From positions 12,090,001 to 12,154,000 of the forward strand of contig CM106585.1 of assembly GCA_048013815.1 (NCBI GenBank): a stretch of DNA of 64,000 nt. The letters are read 5' to 3'. The position numbers and the translations under genes are program-made. The notes beneath the pieces are model-generated. The model saw nothing but the letters and a program-made list of their open reading frames with translations, was not told where the DNA came from and did not search any database. This stretch comes from Setoptus koraiensis. Lineage: Eukaryota; Animalia; Arthropoda. Of the stretch, positions 56,163-64,000 are shown one piece after another. The number at the start of each line of letters is the position of its first letter. The stretch's first letter is position 1.

Positions 56163-57300
56163 GACGCGACATTTCATCAAATGGATGCCCTTGAAAATGT
56201 GCGATAGCACCTATATCATGTTCGAAAATAGAAGGAATAGAAGGGGCCCCACGATTACGCTCGCTCGCTCACACTGAATTGACAAGTAATATTTGCCGTG
56301 GCGCGCCGAGCCGCGCGCGAGTCGAATTTCGCAGATAATTGAAACGGTGTACATGTAAAGTTAATATATTGACGGCGCCACTGACGACAACATGTACATT
56401 GTCGACATTGAGAGGCCCACGCTTGCCTTGGCAGTCCGGTGTTTGGCAGCTCGTTTGCGCAATCGTCCCTTCCATCTGAGCGAGCTCGTTGACAGCAAAT
56501 AGAAATGCACCAGAATTGGCCGTCAATTTTGGCTCCCAATTTTGGCTGCCATGTATTACATGTACGCGTAGGCTGCTGTGCGCCATTAGGCCAATCTAGC
56601 GACGGATCTAGATGCGATCTATAGAGATGTCCTTGGTCAGCCAATCAAATAATAATCCATCCATGTACATGTACATTGTGTACATTGTGCACATTGTGTT
56701 TGTTGTTCATATAGGCCTCCAGTCGGCCAGTCAGGCGGTATTGGCGATATTTCGCCGGCCAACTCTTTCGTGACGACGAAATAATTGAAACGGTGGCCGT
56801 GAATTTGAGTGATATCGTTGTCGCCGGAGAGCCTATATATACGCTAAATGTACACGTATTGCGATCGTTCGATTGGCTGACCAAGGACAACTCTTTAGAT
56901 TGCATTTAGTGTAATGTTCACTTAATGCCTCGCAAACACGTACACGTACATCGAGCCGAAATTGGCGTTCAATTCTGGCGACGAGCTCGCTCAAATGGAA
57001 GAGATGATTGCCCAAACGAGCCAGCAGACACTGCATGAAAGCGAATCTGGCCCTTTCATCGCGCAATCCGTCAATATAAATGTCGCGCTGCAGATAACGC
57101 CGGAATTATACGTCTAGATACTACAACTACGTATACACACAGTTACTTCAATTATCTGCGAAATTTGACTCGCGGCGCGCCGGATAACGCGGCGCCCTGT
57201 CTGTCAAACATGGGCTCAACGAGCCCCGCTATTTCAATTCTCGAACATAATATAGGTTCGTCCGCACTTTCAAGGGCATCTAGATGATGAAATTTCGCCT
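56163..57300. mobile_element. Non-autonomous foldback/MITE-like element with long imperfect terminal inverted repeats
   Basis: 56165-56240 aligns in reverse complement to 57226-57298 (ATTTCATC..GATGCCCTTGAAA..GTGCG..ACCTATAT.ATGTTCGA). 56317-56343 aligns to 57147-57173 (GCGAGTC.AATTTCGCAGATAATTGAA). No transposase ORF; TSD unclear. Confidence 0.6.
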
Positions 57301-57463
57301 ACATGTTCGTGTAAACAGAAGCGTAATTTATTTATCTGTCTGAAGGTTGCATCCGTTTTCCTTGTGAACGAAGGGCAGCGAATTTTGCTCCCTCATTGTG
57401 CGGTAGACAGCTATTAGAGGGGTGTAGTTTATGATTTTCTCGTGCAATTACATTCTGTTGTAC

Positions 57464-57537
57464 CTGTCGTTTTGTGTCTGTCGTTTTGTGTCTGACGTTG
57501 TGTGCCTGTCGTTTTGTGTCCGTCGTTTTGTGTCTGT
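57464..57537. repeat. About 14-bp TGTCGTTTTGTGTC array
   Basis: About five imperfect copies. Confidence 0.75.
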
Positions 57538-59458
57538 CGGTTCGACAGACACGAGAACGTCATGTTTTATTCTATTGTATCTGTTACATAATTTTTATTT
57601 GACAGGTCTCCAAGGGAAGAAAAGTTTCTTTGTGCAATGGCACAAAGAAACTTTCAATAATAATATTCCCTTATTCAACTCCGGCGCGCCAATCTCCAAA
57701 AAGTCTAGCAAAATCGATAACACGTGACATAATTTTAAATAACAGCATATAATAAATAAATGCACTCACACAATTTGTATATCAATAATGATTACATGCT
57801 TGCCCAAAACGCTCGCCTGTCTGACCAGTTCTCAGAACCGGATGTCAGTGCAACGATGTTAGTGTGCTCGTGTAATCTATTATTGCCAAGTGAGCAATGC
57901 CAACAAAGTAACGACTTCCGAACCAGTTGCTGCGGCATGTATGGTTGACTGGGTGCTAGGGGAGGGGGGATCTCAATCTGTTATTCTATTATTCTTATTT
58001 CTTTTTCTGTCTGACTATCTTGGTCTCTTGGTCCGTATTAGGTGCATTGGGTACTCTGAGAGGGCAGCTGTATTGGGGCCCCAGATGCGCAGGCGCGAAT
58101 GAAGCAATTGCAACACGTACTTGTACGAGTTTGCAACTAGTGGTTGCGCTGAATCTTTGTTTTGGTAGCAAATCGTGGTCAGCGCGCACCTATACACACG
58201 CCCCCACTGTTTGGCAAGCTTCTCTGTGGCAATCCCATGCTTGCTCACACTATAGAAATTTGTTCCTTAGACTGTCCGTAGCTGATTGCGTAATTGATTG
58301 CGCCAGCCCCCGAGCCCAATAAATAGCGAGACGATCCGCGAAATTCATCATTCTGGTTTAGGGTCGGTAACGAGTCAACATCCAGTATATGAATATTATT
58401 ACAGTTTATTTAAGTTAACATTTGCTATTGAATTGTTTACTTGTGAGATTTTAGTTGAGTTTAGCTGAAGTTATAAACAGCGTGCGGATATAAGTATATA
58501 TATATATATATTGCATCATATTGATGTCAATACATAATAAAAACGCTAGGTAAGTATTCATACCTCACCATTTCTAACCAAAAACAGACACAGATAGAAT
58601 ATCTCATGACATTGATGAATCGGAACAGCAACCAGGCGAGTCATTAGTTGCTACACCATCGTACACATACATTGCATAAGGATAAATCCCAGAGAATATC
58701 AGTCACACTATCAACCCTTGACACTAACATCCAGTTACTTTTGCAATCGGATTTCATCAGAGAGTGTTCTCGACATCGTCACAACTAGAAAACATTCTGA
58801 GGGAACATAGCACACATACTCACATAACATAATCACTCTCTCAAACTAACTAACAAACATTAATCATATATCAATTACATGATAATCTCTCCCATTCATT
58901 ACCAAATTATCATCCATACATAACCCAATTACAACAAAATCAACACAAAGACAACTGCTGACATTCATCTTAAATAATTAGATCAATGTCGAGTGGCGCC
59001 AACAAAAAGTTGTGATTCTCTCTTTTTTGCAGCTTATCTTGATTTCAATTGGCATTCTTATTAGTTTACCAATTGATTCACTATTTGCACTAGTTTACTT
59101 ATCAAACAGTGCGCTAATTACCACACTATCAGACTATATAAACCAACAACTTTGAGTGATTGGATACAACTTATTACAACACATCAACACAGTGGCGAGT
59201 GAAAGAGATAGAAATCAACAACACTATCAGTTGGAGCATCTTTGTCAAACTACTGATTATTGTTACAGTTACTCCCTAATACAGTTACTTTTTTGATTTG
59301 CTCGTTGCACCATCTCCGATATTATAAGTTACTTTAACTAACTTTATTGTTACCATTCTAACAAAACCATTTGTTGCTGCGCGCAATCAATATTGAATTA
59401 ACGTTACTTTTCAGTCTTGTTCTGAAGTTTTATTTTGCCTGAACGAATTCTCATCAAA

Positions 59459-60463
59459 ATGGCGCTGTCAAGACGCTCTCAAGCAATATACCAATGTTTC
59501 ATTATATTTACAAACATCTTAATCTCTGCGAGCATTTATCCAACTGTTGGTCAACCGGTCACCGGACGTGGTTCAGGATATGGTGCACAGGGTGAAGAGT
59601 TACCTGGTTCGTCGGATGAAGGCATCTATCGAGGTAAAATTGTGTCGGGCTCAAATGGAACCGACAATAGAAAAGAGCGGTTAGATACTATACGTGACTT
59701 CATCCTCATGAATCAAAGAGCGCCAATTAGCGGTCGAAAGCTATTACCAAACCATAATCAAAACAAAAGAGGTGATCCGTATACTGTTATTGATTGTAAT
59801 CCTGATCAAGTTCAAGCATTCCTGGATTATGTAACTACTGCTCCTGAAATGTCTAATAATAATGATTTGTATAATGTAATGTTAGAAAGATGCGCGTTGA
59901 CTGCCACAGAAAAAGGTGTGTTGACTGATTTCATTACCAGCACTGAATTGACAGGCTTGCAAGACAATGTAGCTCCTATGGAAAAGCTACTGTTCAATTC
60001 AAGAATTTCTAAGCGATCAGCTAAGGGTCAGGGAGAAATGTTGATAGGTACCGATCGAACCGACGACGCAAGAAAATCGTTGAACCCGCTGCAATATAAT
60101 TACTTCGTTCTTGGACAGGCTATTTCAGACGAGCTGTCACAGATACTAGCGAAGCAGGATGACAAAGCTAACCGGGATTCATCTAAAACCGAGCGCATAC
60201 ACAACGTGAAGCGTAGTGATTCGACGTATCCCATTAATCCGTACCAGGACAGAGCAAATTTCACGAAGGACGGAGTTTACGTTGAAAACAGTTTTCTGAG
60301 AGCTTTAATCGACAAGAGAAACAGTGTACCGCAATTGAGCATTGTCAACCCGCTCGACGTTCTACGAAAGAAAGCTTTGCTCGATTTTTTACAAAGAGAG
60401 CGAAGAAGACAAGAGCAGACTCAGATTGAATACAATAGAGAGCTGCTCAAGCAAATTGGATAA
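59459..60463 (+). CDS. Dh44: CRF-like diuretic hormone (DH44) prepropeptide
   Basis: Signal peptide after ATG 59459; KR-NSVPQLSIVNPLDVLR...NRELLKQI-G* matches the DH44 SLSIVNPLDVLR...NR..L motif with an amidation Gly. A 5' UTR intron (58550-59414, AG|GTAAGT ... TTTTCAG) is likely. Confidence 0.93.
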   Translation: MALSRRSQAIYQCFIIFTNILISASIYPTVGQPVTGRGSGYGAQGEELPGSSDEGIYRGKIVSGSNGTDNRKERLDTIRDFILMNQRAPISGRKLLPNHNQNKRGDPYTVIDCNPDQVQAFLDYVTTAPEMSNNNDLYNVMLERCALTATEKGVLTDFITSTELTGLQDNVAPMEKLLFNSRISKRSAKGQGEMLIGTDRTDDARKSLNPLQYNYFVLGQAISDELSQILAKQDDKANRDSSKTERIHNVKRSDSTYPINPYQDRANFTKDGVYVENSFLRALIDKRNSVPQLSIVNPLDVLRKKALLDFLQRERRRQEQTQIEYNRELLKQIG

Positions 60464-61194
60464 ATCATCCAATCATGCATCGACATAAAACTAGAGAACA
60501 TCTAGTCAACTCTCACAAATCTGTGAGAAAACCATCATTTATTTCAGCATAGATTGAACATACATTTTAGCTCGAGGCAAGTATATCAACAGTTGAATAA
60601 CACATTTTAAATGCGCTCATAAAACCAATGTCAAACGGGAACTTGCGTTAAAAGTTTCAACAATCGGAAGTGAAGCTAGGTTTGAATTTCTGATACTATT
60701 ATCACAAGCCAGAATAAATGAACAGCAAGAGTTAATTCAGTGTTGAATTATCAGAGAGGACTAGGTTACCGCTGGAAGGATCAATCGGAGCTCATTTTTG
60801 ACAGGTTGATCAAGTTTGGAAGAAAAAATATTTAAACTATCGATATCATTTAGATAAACTTCAGTATTAGCATAGATGAATCACAAAAGGAGACAAAAAA
60901 TACTGCCATGGTCTAAGAAATGGAACAAAAAAATACATTTAAACAATAAACAGCCAAAAGCTACAAAGGAAAGAAAATATCTCATACATTAAAAAACTGT
61001 TGCTATTGACACAAAAGTTTTGGAAAGTGCTTATTTAGACTATTCACAGCACTATTCAAGACATCTGAACCAAAATTTTGGAAGATATTTATCATAAACG
61101 ATTATTCGATTGAATACACAGATAATGTTTCAGTTAAAAATAAAATAAGTCATTTGGTTGAGCGCATCTCATTGAGCGATATTTGGCTTTGTTC

Positions 61195-61436
61195 TCAATC
61201 CCATTCATTTATATCTTGATAATCATTGTAACTGCTATTTGAATCACCCACACTATCTATTTCACTGTCCTCATCCTCATCCACATCATCGCTTTCTTCA
61301 TCTTCTCTGTCGTCAAGAAAAGACATTTCATCCTCTGCCTTGGTATCATCCACGCATAGGAAGCTCTCATTGCTTGAGAGTTCTTCTTCGGTATTTCCAT
61401 CGAAATCATCAGATTCCATAGATGAGGTTGCATTAC
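61195..61436 (-). CDS. RNF8-like RING protein, exon 2 (acidic tail)
   Basis: Acceptor CTCTCTGTTTTCAACAG, phase 1; continues in frame as SNATSSMESDD...NEWD*. Confidence 0.75.
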
Positions 61437-61530
61437 CTGTTGAAAACAGAGAGTAGTTGATTATTAGCTAAATTCTATCAGAGTTTGAACATTGTTTGGT
61501 ATCTCACGTAAGTTGCTTGGTATTACTTAC

Positions 61531-63076
61531 TAGACTCATCTACATCACTACAAGTTGATTGCTCGCTGGATGAAGACAAATTGTATGAAGTCGCAAATTC
61601 ACTTTCATCAGTATCCTCACTATATGTGGTATCACTTTCTGTGACATCACTTGCATCAGTGTCGTCACTTTCATCTGTATCAACACTTGCATCAGCTTCA
61701 TCAAAAAGGTCTGGGTTGAATCGATTGTAGAAGCTACTCTCATGACTTTCATCTTCAGCATCGTGATCATCACTTTCCAATGATTCCATTTCATCGTCAT
61801 CATCATCTTCGCCACCGTCGTCATCATCATCTTCGTCACCGTCGTCATCATCCTCATCATCATCTTCGTCCTCGTCATTATCCTCGTCATCATCTTCGTC
61901 CTCGTCATCATCTCCGTAAATCGACCTTCCCCTATCGAGATCTTCTTCAATCCAAATATCTTCATCGCTTGATGACGATGATATTACCGACGATTGTAAG
62001 AAGGAATTGGAAGAATCTACTGCTACCCTTACTCGACCGAACAAATTTAATGTTGGACGCAAATCCGGACCCTCAGTCTGATCTTGGTGTCTACTTAGAC
62101 CATTGATGCCCTCTTGGGCTTGCTTCTCCTCATCCAGAACTCGCTTAGATTCGGAATCAGTGCGCGAATCTTGAAACTGTTTACTTGACTTTGAAATTAT
62201 CTTGCAAATAATATTCTTTAGAGATAGATTCTCTGTCGTGGATATGACTGGTTTCCTACAGGTTGGACAAGCCGAATTTCTATGAAGCCATTGATAGATG
62301 CAATATTTGCAGAAAGTATGGGAGCAATTGACGATGATTGGATTTATATAAACATCACGACATATAAGACAAGTGAGATCCGTTTCAAATAGATGCTCGA
62401 TATTGCTATGATATATGTCAAGAGCCCGAGCTTCAGCTCTCTCATTTTGTAACTTTTCTTCCTTATCTCTCATCTCTTGTTCGAGTTTGATTTGACTCTT
62501 GGAGGGTTTAATTTTCAATGCATGTGTAGTGGCGATCCTATTTATTATGGATCGATTTTTTTGGCGTGAAGTTTTACGTATTTGTGTATTGTCCGAGGTT
62601 TTCGCAGGTATCGATCTGAGAGGGCTTGCTTTTCCTTTTTTCTTCCTTTTTGTTGAGCCTGAATTGGTAGCTCGGGTATGATTGTGCTTGTGGTTCGTGT
62701 ATGTTGTCGTGGTGTGGCCAGTGTTTGGTAGATTAGGTTGATTGTTGGCATCTTTTTGGCCGCTTGTAAGTTGAATATAACCATTCTTTGGTTGGCCGGT
62801 CTGTTTGACAGAATGATTTCCATTAATTACTCTTTTTGAGTTTCTCCTGTTTATCTGACGATTTTGAGGTTGGTTTTGAGCAGCGTTGCGTGAATTGGTC
62901 GTTGAATGTATGAAATCTCTAGAATCGATGGCATTATCCCTGGACTTGTAACGCCTAGAACGGGTATTATTGGTCAAGACGGACGTATCCAAAATATCCA
63001 TGGACGTGACAGGCACTGCCACGGCGGTTGCCGTCCTTAGACGTTTTCGATCACGGCTAGCGTTACGAGAGCTCAT
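61531..63076 (-). CDS. C3HC4 RING E3 ligase with an RNF8-like RING, exon 1
   Basis: LTCLICRDVYINPIIVNCSHTFCKYCIYQWLHRNSACPTCRK...NLSLKNII resembles the RNF8 RING and post-RING helix. Donor GTAAGT at 61530. First ATG at 63076; the frame is open from 63208. Confidence 0.82.
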
Positions 63077-64000
63077 CTCTGGGATGCAAGAGAGATTATT
63101 TTGAATAATATCAGTAGTTGATGTCCGATATGAGATAATTGCACTAAGATTGAGGTTTTGGTGATCTTGATAACTTGATACTTGTATGTGTGTGCTTGAC
63201 ACAGTCAATTGATTGGTTGGGGTTTATCTGGGTTTATATGCACAGTGTTGGTCTCCCTTCGAGGACAATAATACTCTCCTGATAATTGATTATATATGGT
63301 ACATTGTCGGCCAGCCTAGTGCCGAAGGAGCCGAATTGAGTTGCGCTGAAGAGATAGCTTGAATTGATTTTATATTTGATCGATATTTGGTACGCTATTG
63401 AATGCAACAAGCACTGTAAAATTGATGGTAGGTGAATAAATGATAATAATTGTTTGGTCTCAATACACAGTCTTGGTGCGGTGTGGTCATTCAGCGAGAC
63501 TAGAGCAAATCTTGTTTTCTCAAAATTACAAAATCACTGGTGATAATGATTGTTCTAGTTTCAAGATGGGTATTTTCAGTTATAGAGAATTTTATGCGCC
63601 CGATGGGCATGCGCAATGGACACGTGGATTGTGTGCCTAGAGCAAGCAAACAAAACGAGAGAAAGGGGGCAACCATTTACACTTTACACTGCACTTTACA
63701 TTATCCCTCACGAGTTTACAGCTGACAAGTGAGCAAGCATCACCATTCAGCTGTGCACGGGGAAAAGCACACAAGAAATATTCAACCTCTCTGCTTGATC
63801 ATAATCTCTCTGGTTCACGATATACCCTGAACTCGGACAAATCCCGTTGACACATCCACTCATTTGAGACGAGCGACTCAAATCCGAGAGCTCAGGTTCT
63901 GGAGGTTTGAGCGTAAATTAAAACAAAAAACGAATCGTCATCGTCTTGGCAAATTAGGCTTGATAAGGCCGGACAGGTCAGGGTGGCTACTTGGGATGTG

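Noticed and set aside
63700-63905. Possible minus-strand exon after a CCTCCAG acceptor (PELSDLSRSSQMSGCVNGICPSSGY...)
   Set aside because: No recognisable homology and the upstream context lies outside the window; could be UTR.

Overview
Eukaryotic animal DNA, most likely an arthropod. A chelicerate or mite is inferred from the troponin C sequence, the Dh44 precursor and the compact, intron-poor housekeeping genes; the species cannot be determined here. The window has two very different halves. About 1-33.5 kb is visibly GC-rich and full of unrelated local tandem repeats and GGGCCC motifs. It holds the last two exons of an ABCG half-transporter and a six-exon, 24-kb Ror receptor gene (Ig-CRD-kringle-TM-kinase). 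The Ror model is frame-consistent and gives about 2115 aa, inflated by low-complexity inserts, with a kinase domain lacking the catalytic Lys and the DFG Asp. About 36.6-64 kb is AT-richer and gene-dense: TXNDC17, RPB11, cyclin T, ALAS, Hsp90, dUTPase, CHCHD7, PMPCA, troponin C, a single-exon mini-titin (sls/kettin-like), a foldback element, Dh44 and an RNF8-like RING protein. Most notable pattern: all seven 3' splice sites I could place in the GC-rich half are preceded by an 81-331 nt AG-free zone, usually with a far-upstream branch point, which suggests distal-branch-point, scanning-type splicing as the local default. All counts and alignments were done by eye. No tRNA, rRNA, CRISPR array or autonomous transposon was found.
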